From Antedon mediterranea (taxonomy: Eukaryota > Animalia > Echinodermata), in the NCBI RefSeq assembly GCF_964355755.1, contig NC_092679.1, positions 4,246,201 through 4,310,200 on the forward strand: a stretch of DNA of 64,000 nucleotides, written 5' to 3'. The position numbers were made by a program, and so were the translations under genes. Positions 23,932-36,742 of the stretch are shown here, piece after piece. The notes under the pieces are model-generated. The model made no database searches. It was not told the DNA's origin and was given only the letters and a program-made list of their open reading frames with translations. Each line of letters begins with the position of its first letter. Position 1 is the stretch's first letter.

Positions 23932-24127
23932 GTATTACCTTTTTAGGTCATGGGGGCGTGTTGGAACCGCAATAGGGGGCAACAAACTTGTGTCCTTTTC
24001 TACTGAGAACAAGGCAATTCATGATTTTTGTGAACTCTACGAAGAAAAGACGGGCAACAGATTTGGATGCAAGAACTTCAAGAAGCAACCGCATAGATTT
24101 TTCCCAATTGATATTGACTATGGAGAG
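23932..24127 (+). CDS. PARP1: PARP1 exon: WGR domain part 2
   Basis: YYLFRSWGRVGTAIGGNKL...ELYEEKTGNRF...FFPIDIDYGE; tttcag acceptor and gttagt donor. Confidence 0.96.
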
Positions 24128-24654
24128 GTTAGTATGATACAAAATATGGTCAAGTATAATCCCATAGGATTGTAAATGTTTGTAACTACTGTGGAGTAGC
24201 TTTGCGTCAGGGTCTTGAGTAATTGGTCAGATGTTTTGCCTTACTCTGTTAATTTAAAAGTTTCTTTTTCTAAACTCCAAGAGGGCTCACTTCAAAATTC
24301 TAAAAGTATGACAGTGTATTAACATAGAGGGCAGTTGACCTGATATGTTTAATATTTAGCTTTTGGTGGTATTTTAGAGTTACTAAACTGGTCATATAAA
24401 TCTGTCATTAATATTTTCCTTGATGTATGATCAAGTTTTCGACAAATGAATTTTCCTTCATATATTTTCACCTCTGGTATTTCAAAGCATATTTTTACAT
24501 GGAATAACAACATTTTCTTTTAAAAGTTTATTTAATGGATCATAGTTCATATATAAATAAAAGTATAATAATTGTTTTATTTATTCTTTATACTGGGTGA
24601 CCTCTTCAGTCAAAGACCAGAGGGCCCAGTTATGATGAGTGGCTGTGTGTAAAG

Positions 24655-25140
24655 ATTTCATTCAATTTCATTTATTCATGGTCAAACACAGTAAAATATA
24701 GGACATGGTTTGAAATAATTGTTGTTTTTAAAGTTAAATTCATATAAAAATATATATAAAATACAGATCATTTAAAATACAAAAATACAGATAAAATAAA
24801 ATATATTGTTTAAGATACAAAATACAAGCAAGATTGGTGTGTGTAAGGGTACAGCATAAAATAATCAATGTTTCCATGCCTCATTGCAGTAGGGAGAAAC
24901 GAGTTTCTCATTCTATTGGTTTTCCAATATAGGTGGCTAAATAAAGGTGAAATGTATAAATAAAAATAAAGAAATTGAACAATTTCAATTAATTAAGATA
25001 ATAATATATGTGGTTGATTTTGATAACAAATTTGCACTTTCAAACTTGCTCATTGAATATACAGTATTATACTTAATCTTATTGTTGTATCGATTTCAGA
25101 TCATTCAGTTTATTTTCTTAACAAAATTGTGCTTCAACTA
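24655..25140 (-). mobile_element. Degraded LINE 3' fragment
   Basis: Minus strand encodes a KTNRMRNSFLP-like C-terminal motif and ends in an aataaatgaaattgaatgaa tail. Confidence 0.5.
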
Positions 25141-26595
25141 GATGACATAGTTTGTTTATTTGTTTTTTTCTTTGCAAAACATGCTGTAACCATGACCAGC
25201 ATACTTAATTCCTAATGGTTTGGTGGCGTTGCTTTTAATTAGCACTCCCAACTGTCCTAGATAAAACGATCACTAAGTGACTACGTCCTTTATTTACAAA
25301 TTAGTACCTTCGCAAACGACGACTCTTCACACGCTCTATCAATGTGATTTCAACAATTCTGTTCGAGAAAAGTGTTTTAAGTGTTACATACTTCCTTATT
25401 TATCATCAATTAGTCACCATGGTAACAGTGAGTGTATTTATAGACAACACACTTCAGATAAACACGTTTCTTTTTCTTTATAAGACTACCTTTTTACCAG
25501 TTGTTAATTTTCCAAATTCTTTATTTCAATTTTTTTTATATTAAGTTATTATTGAATTAGTTATTCAATTATATAATTGAATGCTTCAGTATAATCTTAT
25601 ACAATTTAGACTAAATTAGGACACATAAAAAAAATTAATTAAATTCAATTCTTAATGCAATCCTAATATAATTAACACCCCCCCCCCCTAAATTCCTCAA
25701 TATCAAGGGACTATACAGGGTCAATTTTTTTTATTCAAGATTAACAAGACCTTTAGAAATATAGTGCAAACTATTTGGAACCCACGATAAATAGCAACAA
25801 AAAAATCTCTGCATTTATGCCTTAAAGATATATTTTCCCCCTGAAAAAATATATTTTTTAAAAATTTGTTGTTGAATATGCCATTTTAATGTCACATAAT
25901 AGTTATTCACTTTGACCAAAAATTTGATTTCCAACCATTATTTACATGAAAAAACTCATTTTATAAGTGAAAACATTTTTTTTTTTCTTTTTTTTTCTAT
26001 GAAAAATGATTAACTATTAGAACTACAAAATAACCTATTCAAAGTCTGATTTAATTAATGTTCATTTTTCATGTTTTTGGGGGACAATACATCTTTAACA
26101 AAAACCCTTCTCATTAATATATAGTCCTTCCTTGCATGAAAATCATAGGGCACAAAATATTTAATCAAACGACTGTCAAAGGAAGTATCATTTGCAGTAC
26201 TGCACATTTATTAAAAGTAAATTTGTCTTCTTTTTGCATTTCATTTCATAATTTCCTGTCTTTGATTAAATCCTTTTCTTACCAAATTTCAATTTGATCT
26301 ATCTATCTAAATTCTTTAGGTTTTGAATTCGAAAACGATAATGGACTGTTAATATTAAGACCTTAATTATACTGTAATTGATTGAATGAAATGATACATC
26401 AAATGTTATATTCGTGCTTCCGCTGGCGGCTATAAAGTCATATTCTTTGTTGTTGTGTTTTCTGTAGTCACATAGATATATAAAATAGATTTTTTAGTAG
26501 CATAAAATTATTTCAATATATTTATATTATGACCATAATGTCCTAACCATAAACTTTATCCACTATCTCCACACGATTGGTACTTGCACATCTTT

Positions 26596-26972
26596 AAGCC
26601 GATTTTCCAGTAGGCGAATTTGTTCGCGCGAATCGAAAGAGTCATGCTCTGCGCATGCATATTCAAGTTTCTGTCTGTCCTACTCCCTTCTGCGACGAAT
26701 TCTTGTTCCTTTGATTTTTCGCTTCAGTGAAATTTACTAGTTCGAATTGTTTCTACTTTTTGCGAAGTGAAATATTGCGCAACCAATCAGAGCTCAGGAA
26801 ATGAGCTATGACGCTTTCATGAGCACTCGTGCGAATCGAAATACTCAGCAACCACGCGAGGAACATGAACGTCGCAGCTATTCGCTTATGTAGTGGAAAG
26901 AAAGTAGGCGATTTTTTTCTCTTTGAAACGTTGGATTCGTGCAAACAAATTTTCCTAATGGAAAATCGGCTT
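26596..26972. mobile_element. MITE with about 40-bp TIRs (Harbinger-like)
   Basis: aagccgattttccagtaggcgaatttgttcgcgcgaatc / gattcgtgcaaacaaattttcctaatggaaaatcggctt. Confidence 0.8.
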
Positions 26973-27821
26973 TAATTTGACTATGTTAGAACAATTTTTC
27001 GCAGTTTTTTTATACCATTAATTTGAACAATAATCCAAATTGTAGATTATTGCACACCACATAAATGCGTTGAATAAGTGTTGTTCAGAAATTATTTATT
27101 TCAGTATATTATAAAATGACACAAAAACCAGCCAAAGCTGAAGACGTAATTTACAAAAATATTTATAAATGTAAATCTAAATGATGGTGTAGTGAAAATA
27201 CTGATAAAAACATTACGCAATTTTAAAAGTTTGGATTTTTTTTTTTGGAGTTTGTAGAGTTTTGGTCACATCCCGAATTGATGATAAATAACGACTCAGA
27301 TTTTGTTTTCCTTTTTTGGTTTCAAACCAAAGACCTCTAATTTAAAATGTTTCCTAAAGTAGATTAATTAAAGTAGTAGTAGATTAAATTAATCAACATA
27401 CAGTTTCCATGTTGGGTCAATGTCAACAAGACAGGAAACGCACCTCCCATAGTTTACTATTCCAAGCTGTTTGATCGGTTTTACAAAGTATTTATCTTGA
27501 CATCTTGACCCCAAAGCAATTGGTCTAGTTTTCGCAGAAATTGAAGTCCAGTAGAAATTGAAATACTTGGCCGCCTTTCACAGAATGGGAAATGTATCTG
27601 ATGATCCGAGAGCTGTTTGATGCTCCGGTTATTTATTAAAGATATTCCTTATTTTCCTGATGAAAGATGAGTTAATGTCTTGCTTTCTTCTCATAAGTTG
27701 GTCCTTTGACTTTTGAAATTTTCAGTAATATAGTACAGTACTGCTTTTAAAAATGTTCCAGTTAAAAGGTTTAAAAGAAAAGAAAAATTATAACATATAC
27801 AGAAAAATAAAAGCATACATA

Positions 27822-28661
27822 CCGTATATTTCGGTGTATAAGTCGCACCTGTGTATAAGACGCACCCCCAACTGAGAGTAAAATATCGGTATTTTTTATA
27901 TCGTCGATGTATAAGACGCACCTTATATTTCATCAAAACAATGTTTTTTTAAAATGTAATCAATATTATTGTAATAATATATTTTGTTATATCTACAACG
28001 GCATCCTTTATTTATGTTTTTTCTTACCTAGTCTCGGCCGCGCCCAGCCTCAACAAGTTCTTTCTAACTTGTTATTCATGAGTTTCGCCGCAACATCGAG
28101 TGCATGACCGTGTGTGTAACACGCACGTGTGTGGGCTAGCCTCGCTTGATCATTTCGAGAGGGCGCGCGTTTTCACGGACAATCGTATTCGATTAGTATC
28201 TATGTATCCGAGAAGTGTGTACGCTAGGTCCATGCTATAATCACCTGGAGAATATACTAGTCGAATACCGTACACCATGTGGCCACCAAAATAAGGGCTT
28301 GCGCTTGGGGTACGGCGGTCGTGCGTATAACTACTGTATAAATAAATACTATTCCAATCGTACGACGTAAACGTTTACAAATAAAATTTTATCGGAGCGC
28401 CATAATGAACAAATCTTTTCATCATATTTAGTATAACATCATGCTGAAATGACTTGAAAACTAGGCAGAAGCAGGTTGCCGTTACGTTAGTTAGTTACTG
28501 TAGCTAGGCCTAGCCTACTCAGGCCTAGCAAACGAGGTGATAGCCTAGGCCTATGTACAATCTGTGTGGTGAGGCATTTATGTTCGGTGTATAAGACGCA
28601 CCCTTAATTTAGAGGTCAAATTTGCGTGTCAAAAGTGCGACTTATACACCGAAATATACGG
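27822..28661. mobile_element. Tc1/mariner(pogo)-type MITE, TA TSD
   Basis: Perfect TIR ccgtatatttcggtgtataagtcgcac, flanked by TA; subterminal gtgtataagacgcacc repeats. Confidence 0.88.
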
Positions 28662-30355
28662 TAGGCTTAATTAGAAAGATATATACAGAACAGTTAAAAA
28701 CCTATTTTATTTTGTATAAAAGACATACAGACAGACATACAAAGTGAAATACAAAGGTAGATATAATGTATCATTAGTTAGATGACTTTTGAGTTGATAT
28801 ATTTTTGAATTTATAGATATTTTTCCTAGTTACTTTTGTTCTAATTTCAGTTGGTAAAAATTCTTTTCTTTTGTTGCTTTGTATTTAAAGGTTCTTTTTA
28901 CCTTGAGCATTTTTCCAGTTTGGTGTTATTAATGTGTTACAACTTTGGCTACGGGTGCATTTTGGATGGAGGGAGTCATTAAACATTGAAGGTGAATATG
29001 ATAGTGAAGGGTTGGCCATTAATGCACTTGAAGTTGTAAATAGTAATTGTTCCCTCCATCTTTCATTTAGTGTAATCCAATTAGTGATCTTTCTCAAATG
29101 CAACCCTGTTCACAAGACAAACATACACATAAATATACATACATGTACATATACACAACATGTGTTATGGACACCTTTCTTGCATATTATAGATTAAAGG
29201 AGATTTACAATTTAGCATCACAGGAAAATTATCTTTTATAACCATAATATTCACTTATTCTGATACAAAAACATCCAATACAATTTATAAAACTATTTAT
29301 TATAGTTACGCAAGATTAGATGATGATAGGGATTGTCTTGTTCAATTAACCCTTATTTTCTTTTATAGGTTTTCTAATTTAAAAACATCTGATTTGTATG
29401 TCACAGCCATTTGAAAGATTGGACAGATTTTTTTTTATTACTGTGTATGTGGAAGTATAAATATGCAATAATCCAACAGTTGTGGTCACTTATTAACCAT
29501 ATATATTAACTGTATATTGTGGATGGATGCTTCTGTGGCTATATGCCAAATATTAGTAGAGATATAGATAGTTGTGTTGTGGGTATATGATAGGGCGCTA
29601 TTATTCTGTAACGACAGAACTAGGTCAGGTCAATCAATGTTGTGAGCAGATTGGACCCAGTCAATTTTACCCCCCTGATCCCTCACTGTAGGCTGGAACA
29701 GTAAATTCTTTATTATACACGCAACTGCATTTATTGTACATAATTGTACAGTAGCATGTCAACTTATTTTTTCTATTATTCTTCATTGACAACTGGGGAT
29801 AACAGTGTCCAACATGGCACACAAATAGTAGGTGATACAAGCATGAAAATAGCAATAACAAACTTGGATAATATTTTCGCTAACTTTAAGAACTTCGAAA
29901 ATAAATTTTAACAGTATTAAAGGTTCAATAGAAAATAAAAACACAAGGCTATATGGCAGCAAGTTTGCCGTATGTGTGCAGTAAATGGGCATTCACATAA
30001 TGCGTGAAGCTCGGTCTGCACTTCTACCATACTGAAACTCTCATGCTCACATAATTTAAGTATGTAGTTCTTTCTTTCTGTTCACCGAAGTTTGATTGAT
30101 TTTAAAGGAATTGATTAAATTTAATTCTGCTTTATTCATAATTTCAATCTTGAATACATTTAGTTTTGACAGCTTTTTATTTCGTTACTTTCACTCGTAA
30201 ATGAAATCGGTACTTTGAGACATTTAAGTGTAAGAGTTACGATGTGTTTTCGTGATACATTAATCATTTGTAGATTTGATTTGTTAGATAAACCTGACAT
30301 GTAATAATTCAGAATGCGTGTAGTGGTAAATTTTATGTTTTCTTAAAGGTATAAC

Positions 30356-30870
30356 AAGTCAAGCCCTGTTAATCCCTATGCTTAAGTCGAGCCCTGTTAA
30401 TCCCATGTTTAAGTCGAGCGCTGTTAATCCCCATGTTTATGTCGAGCACTGTTAATCCCCATGTTTAAGTCAAGCCCTGTAAATCCCCATGTTTAAGTCG
30501 AGCCCTGTTAATCCCCATGTTTAAGTCGAGCCCTGTTAATCCCTATGTTTAAGTCGAGCCCTGTTAATCCCCATATTTAAGTCGAGCCATGTTAATTCCC
30601 ATATTTAGGTTGAGCCCTGTTAATCTTTATATTTAAGTCAAGCCATGTTAATAACCAAATTTAACTCAAGCCATGTTAATCCCAATATTTAAGTCTAGCC
30701 TTGTTAATCCCCATATTTAAGTCAAGCCCTGTTAATCCCCATATTTAAGTCAAGCCATGTTAATCCCTATATTTAAATCAAGCCCTGTTAATCCCCATAT
30801 TTAAGTCAAGCCCTGTTGATCTCCATATTTAAGTCAAGCTATGTTAATCCCTACTGTATGTCAAGCTCAA
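30356..30870. repeat. 28-bp minisatellite, about 18 copies
   Basis: Unit aagtc(g/a)agccctgttaatccccat(g/a)ttt. Confidence 0.95.
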
Positions 30871-30915
30871 CCTCCTAATCAATCCTCATTAATCCCCATT
30901 TGTTTTTTTTTTTAG

Positions 30916-31044
30916 GAGGAAAGCAAGATTCGCTCATTGGATTCTCATGGCGATACCAAGTCAACTTTACCAGATGAGGTTCAGAACTTGATCAGGCGCA
31001 TTTTTGATGTTAAACTAATGAAGCAAACACTTCTAGAGTTTGAG
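30916..31044 (+). CDS. PARP1: PARP1 exon: start of helical (regulatory) domain, GC donor
   Basis: EESKIRSLDSHGDTKSTLPDEVQNLIRRIFDVKLMKQTLLEFE, followed by gcaaga; the next exon starts IDLQKMP. Confidence 0.92.
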
Positions 31045-31161
31045 GCAAGACAAATTAACAATTTATTAATTATTATGGAATATTTATATGTTTTTGATAA
31101 ATGTGAAATTGTACCATATAAAAAAAAGAAAACTTGATAATTCTGAGAGATTGTATCATAT

Positions 31162-31300
31162 TATATCCCCACCCCCCACCCCTTCCCTTCCTTCTATATC
31201 CCCCACCCCCTTCCCTTCCTTCTATATCCCCCACCCCCTTCCCTTCCTTCTATATCCCCACCCGCTTCCCCTTTTCTTCCTTCTATCACCCCCCTTCCTC
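31162..31300. repeat. C-rich about 28-bp minisatellite
   Basis: Unit tatatcccccacccccttcccttccttc, about 4 copies. Confidence 0.85.
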
Positions 31301-31906
31301 CTGTAGTGATATCACTGTCAAACTTTGTCAGAAAGTGATACATTAGATGCTTTTTTTGCTAGTTGTAGTCTGTGTTGTAAATTCGTCGTGAGGTGGTTTC
31401 CCGAATGATCGTAAAATCAAAACGGTACTGGGTATGACCAACTGGCGTTCTTGTCACCAACTAGTCATCAATTCATAGAAGTACTGATGTAGTAGCCTAT
31501 CTGTACTGTACGGTGACCATAGAATGTAGCAGTCTGTGTTGTAAATTTAAAACACAAATTCCTACATAAATCAAGATTATTTATATGCAGATTTGAATGT
31601 AATTAGATTGTTTATCTCTCTTGATGAACGCTTTTCAATTTACAATTCCCAGACTATAGCTTTCCATCTGGGAATATCTTGATAATACTTAATTTCTAGA
31701 TATTAAATAAATTTGTTCACACTCATCAAGAATGGAATAGAATTTAGATATGTGTGGGTGCATCCACGTTGAATATGTTATGTTTGTCTGATGATCATTC
31801 ATGTGTTCAGCCTCCAATTGATAAGGTTAATCATCCTACTGTCTGCTAACTTCGTCCAACGTTGTACACCATGTAGAAAAATAGAAATACCTGCTGTCCA
31901 GCCTTA

Positions 31907-32083
31907 AAAGGCATTTTACAGAGACGAGTGGTACCGGTAATAAAAATATAGAATCTAAGTTATTCCCTATGGCTATTTACACGCAACACTGAGCAGACAG
32001 GTGGCTTCCATTCCACTGAGGATAGATACAGGTTTTATGGTTTGCCGGTTACTGTTACCGCTCGTCTGTGTAAATTGACCTTA
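31907..32083. mobile_element. Degenerate MITE
   Basis: Imperfect TIRs aaggcattttacagagacgagtggtaccggtaa / ttactgttaccgctcgtctgtgtaaattgacctt. Confidence 0.6.
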
Positions 32084-32876
32084 ACAGCGCTCATTTAAAC
32101 TCAGTGATTTTGATTCATTTTCCCTTTATGCTGAATGACATCTTCAGACTGTACCGGACAATGATAAGCACACCAGGAGATGATGTTTTTTTCCAATTAT
32201 AAGTTCTTTTTTGTCCAAGACAGCTTTGAGCACATGTTCTTTCTGGTGGTTTTCTTTTCTTTGTTTTTTAACCAGTAAAGTTGAATGACATAATTAAGAT
32301 GAGTCGCGTGTTCATTCTGAACGTACGGGAATGAGCTTTTAGGAGCTCATTGTACTAAACCTCAGCATTATGCGGTAGGGTGGCAAGTTCCTTTCCACAC
32401 TGCCTTATAATCCCTAGTATTTTCAACTAGGTACTTATTTACAGTGAGTGGACTGGGTGTTGTTGGGAATTGAACCCGGGTCACTCTGTATGACAGTCAA
32501 GTGTCCTAACCACATCATTGTTTAATTGTAATACATTTTTTTATATACACAACAAGCTTACTTGCCACCACTAATGATGTACAGTTCCATCTAATCCTAA
32601 GTTTTAGCCTTAAACAATAATCAATACTGACGCATCACAGTCATCACACCAACCCATTTTGAATATATATCTTTCATACATAGTATTATTTTCAACGCCG
32701 TATTTCAACTTAAAAAAGTCTACCCTTGGGGATTCGAAACAAATTCTCTCTGAGTACAATTAGTCTAAATTTGATTAATTGTTCCTGATGGTACACCTAA
32801 GAGGAGACTTTAAATTATATATGTAAATGACATTTACATTTGAACATTTTAATTTAAATGGTTTTTTTCTCTCTAG

Positions 32877-32960
32877 ATTGACCTTCAAAAGATGCCCTTG
32901 GGGAAACTTTCAAGAAAGCAAATTGAGAATGCTTATGCTGTTCTTACTGAACTCCAGAAG
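32877..32960 (+). CDS. PARP1: PARP1 exon: helical domain
   Basis: [28 protein letters not shown]; ctctag acceptor and gtacac donor. Confidence 0.96.
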
Positions 32961-33358
32961 GTACACAAGAATGTTTAATAAATTTTCAATAAACTTGTGC
33001 AAAACTTTTATGCATGAGCGATTCAACAATGCAAAATATAGGACATTGGGTTATTAAGTTCAGCAAAGCCATAGCCATTTTATTTTACAATTTTTAGGCT
33101 CTCTCAAATTCAAAATCCTGGATCTGATGCTGTTATGATTATACCTTAGTATTTCACTTAAGTCAATATATATTTTTTTTATTTTAGTTAAGGTGTATTG
33201 ACTTATATAGCAGAATGCTATGGAGAATTTCTTCTGTGATATAGCCACAGATATAATGTACACCAGTCAGGCCAAGTTCGGTTAAGGGAAACACCCTTTA
33301 ATTGAAATACTTGTATTGTCATTCAATTAATTCAATGCTTGAATTGTTATTTACTTAA

Positions 33359-33984
33359 AGACCCCTTCCCTGCAATTTTGAACGTTTTTTGGAAAATAAT
33401 ACATATATATCACTTTAAAAACATTAAACCATGTCATTCCTTGTCTTAAATGTACGTTTTATGGTAAATTATGATAAAAAGTGAGAAACAGTGCACTACC
33501 TAAGTAGCTCGCGGCGATAGACCTCTCGTGGACGGTCTTAGGCTTAGCCTAGCTAGGCTTAGTTTTGTAGGCCTAGCTGGTAAACATCGGTAACGTACAA
33601 ACATCGTACGCTAGCTATATACCTAGCCTGACGTTGTATAGTTGCTGCATTAATTGTCTTTCTATTTTTGCCAGACTCCGTTGATACAAATTGGGGGAAA
33701 ACCGGTATTTTCGCTGAAAAGTTAGGAGTCTTCCATTTGTTTTGGCCTCACGATCGATCGAAAAGTGGGCGAATTACAGGTGAAAAACAAAAATATCAAT
33801 CCGCGCGCAATGCATTTTGGGATTTATAGCGGGCCGTTATAATTATTAGAATCGACTTATTTTTCACATTTTTAACCGTTTAAAGACGAAAAAAGTTATC
33901 GCAATAGGACCATATAGTATTATTTTTACATTAAATATAGTTTGTGATCTTAAATTATATCTAAAAAATGTAGGGAGGGGGGCT
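33359..33984. mobile_element. Kolobok-type non-autonomous element, different family
   Basis: ttaa|agaccccttccctgca ... tgtagggaggggggct|ttaa. Confidence 0.7.
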
Positions 33985-34051
33985 TTAAGTATTTAATAGA
34001 AACAACTCACTTGTGGGATTCGTCAATGCCTGTCCCATAAATACAGTAATA

Positions 34052-34670
34052 GCGAGTGAGTTACTAAGCGGTTAAGACTGTGGAACCGTAAATTACGTAG
34101 CCATAACATCAGCAAGGGTTCGAGGCTCACTCGCTCCATGGTTCTGGTGGTAGAACAAGTCTTCTCGGATAAGGACCTAAGACGTAGGTCTCGTGTACAC
34201 ATCTAGCTCATGTGCAACCGAGTACATCTTTCGAGACGAGTAAGGGGTTATCCTGGTGTACTAGTACCAAGAATCTCCTGTTCTTCAATTTGCATTCAAA
34301 ACACAGTATCGGAAGTACAGGGTTAAAAGGTCAAACTGGGCGACGCCATTTCACAGCATGGAGCAGCGCCCCCTCCAAACTAGGAAGTCAAAACTATTAA
34401 TTCCCATAGAGGGCTCAGTCAATTACTCTATCCCCCTATAATATTAGCAGATCCCCTCTATGATTTTGACTTTCTAATTTAATGCGGGCGAGCTACTCCA
34501 TGGCTCACAATGGCGCCACCCATTAGCTCTATTCTATCCCACAATGCCTTTAGAAATTGTTACGCGCTTCGGACGAACATGAGATTGTTGTTATAAGTTC
34601 TTTTACTAGTACACACACACACACAGCCACTGATCATAACTGGGCTCTCTGGGAGACAAAACATAATAAT
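34052..34670 (+). mobile_element. Deu/Nin-like SINE interrupted by an about 335-bp foldback insertion
   Basis: Head with A/B-box-like motifs (ggttcgagg). Body runs to 34268 and resumes near 34603; tactagtac is repeated on both sides of the internal palindromic insert. Confidence 0.65.
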
Positions 34671-34687
34671 ATGTTTTTTTTTCCCAG

Positions 34688-34810
34688 CATGTTGAACAGC
34701 ACGCTACAGCAACGGCCCTTCTGGACGCTTCAAACCGATTCTATACTCTGATTCCACATGACTTTGGCCTTCAAAAGCCACCGATTATCGATAACTTGGA
34801 CGTGATTAAG
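34688..34810 (+). CDS. PARP1: PARP1 exon: helical domain
   Basis: HVEQHATATALLDASNRFYTLIPHDFGLQKPPIIDNLDVIK, with the conserved SNRFYTLIPHDFG. Confidence 0.96.
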
Positions 34811-34869
34811 GTTAGTTGTTTAATCATTGGTTACATGGGTGTGAATTTTTAACCATTTCAGCTGTTTTT

Positions 34870-35220
34870 AATCAATTTGAATATCTTTCTTAAATCACAC
34901 AAATCAGTTAAGAACATTTTAGTATGACATTATCTCCTAATTATGCCCAGTTTAATATGAAATTGTTTTGATTTGTTTACACCTTTGTGGTTTGATTCCC
35001 TTCAATGAAAGGTGCTTTTTATTAAATTTTAATATTTAAAATTGTTCATAATTTGGATATCTTTCTTAAATTACACAAATCAGTTAAGAACAATTTAATA
35101 TGGTATTATCTCATAATTATTCCCAGTTTCAGCTGAAATTCTTATCATTTTTTCACACCAATGCAGTTTGATTCACACCATAATAGGTGCTTTTTTCAAA
35201 ATTAATACTTAAAATTGTTG
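34870..35220. repeat. About 180-bp diverged tandem duplication
   Basis: atatctttcttaaat.acacaaatcagttaagaaca occurs twice, about 180 bp apart. Confidence 0.8.
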
Positions 35221-35398
35221 CATATTTTTACGATATTTTAGTTAGTGTTGGTTGTTACAAGAATTCTCTATTCCTGATTACTATGCTAACTTTGCAGAAA
35301 AATTACACAATTTAAAAAGTAAAGGGTTATTAAATTTACCTCAATACATCCTTCTTAAACTGCAATTAGACTACCAGTCAACTTTAATGTGAATTAAT

Positions 35399-35905
35399 AG
35401 AGAGGTTTCGCAATCTTACGAATACGATAACGAAAACGGATACGTCACGCACACGTATTTGTTTTCGTAAGCCATAAAAAATCTGTTTCGCATGGCAACG
35501 AAATATTGAGGCACGTCCAAAATATGACTGCGGTAAATTTGAGTGAAGCGCGGGTACGTGTTGCTTGGTGCTTGGCTGCCTAGGCCTAGTGTAACATCAA
35601 AGCGAGTGAGAACTTTAAAAACTGCTATTTATCAAAATTGACCTGGAATTTTAGTAAATTACTTTAGTAAATTACTTTCAATAAATCTATAATTATATTA
35701 TAATCATGAATCATTCCTAATTCAAATGCAAAATGTGCAAAATAGATCAAAAACTATACTCGTTTTGTAGTTACGAATATGACTGGTGATATTCGTCAAC
35801 ACGAATACGCTTTACGAATATGAAATGGGGATCAGCTCAAAAGTTTCACAAATGTGTGACGTATCCGTTTTCGTTATCGTATTCGTAAGGTTGCGAAACC
35901 TCCCT
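35399..35905. mobile_element. MITE with about 50-bp TIRs
   Basis: agagaggtttcgcaatcttacgaatacgataacgaaaacggatacgtcac and its near-perfect reverse complement at 35856-35905. Confidence 0.85.
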
Positions 35906-36607
35906 ATTATAGATGTTCTTATGTCATTGAACTTGTTTAATTAGAGCCCATTGACTAGCACTTTTATTTTCGAGTGCCCTTTATTTTTACGAAATAATTT
36001 TACGGCAGAGAATCAGACATGTAAGAGTTTACTGGAAGGTCACACGGCAAGCATTTACAAGGTCGTAAAGATAAATGACTTTTTAGAAAAAAGTTTGTCT
36101 CATTTGACCGCATAGTTGTAGTAAATAAAGATGAATTACGTTTGTTGAATTAGCTTTTGAGAATGTATTAACTTTTTTGTACCTGTATATATATATATAT
36201 ATATATATATATTGTAATAACTGTATGAATTTATTTTGTAAACATATTGTATGGGTCGAACCTCTTGTTACGAGAGTGTTCCTCCGTTTTAAAGGAGAGT
36301 AACCAATAAATATTATTATATTATTATTATCAAACTTCATAGAAACTGCTAGATATTTGCAGTTTCTTAAACAACAATTTAATTCAGTAATTCACTCACG
36401 TAGATCTTTATTGTTAAACTGTGTCCCTGTATAATCTCATATATCAGGTTGCCAAAATGGCTTAAAATTAAATTGACATTGAATAAAAAACCAGTGAAAT
36501 AATAGTATCATAGTGTAGTCTAATAGTTTCAAAATGTTGAATCATAAATGTTTTGGAAAAAATATTTCCAAATATGGGGCCTTAAAAAGATATTTTTATT
36601 TTTCCAG

Positions 36608-36742
36608 AGTAAGAGTGAAATGTTGGCTAACCTTTTGGACATTGAGGTGGCCTACAGCCTACTGAAAGGTGGTAGTGAAGGTGGTGACGAATCCAAGGAC
36701 CCAATTGACATTCATTACAACAGCCTCAAATGCAAAATGGAG
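36608..36742 (+). CDS. PARP1: PARP1 exon: end of helical domain / start of ART domain
   Basis: [22 protein letters not shown]...[16 protein letters not shown]; gtaagt donor. Confidence 0.96.

Noticed and set aside
27598-27630. CTGATGA followed by a hairpin as a hammerhead
   Set aside because: No GAAA core follows the stem.
30356-30870. Regular short repeats as a CRISPR array (also 1820-2113)
   Set aside because: Units are contiguous with no unique spacers, the context is a eukaryotic intron, and no cas genes are present.
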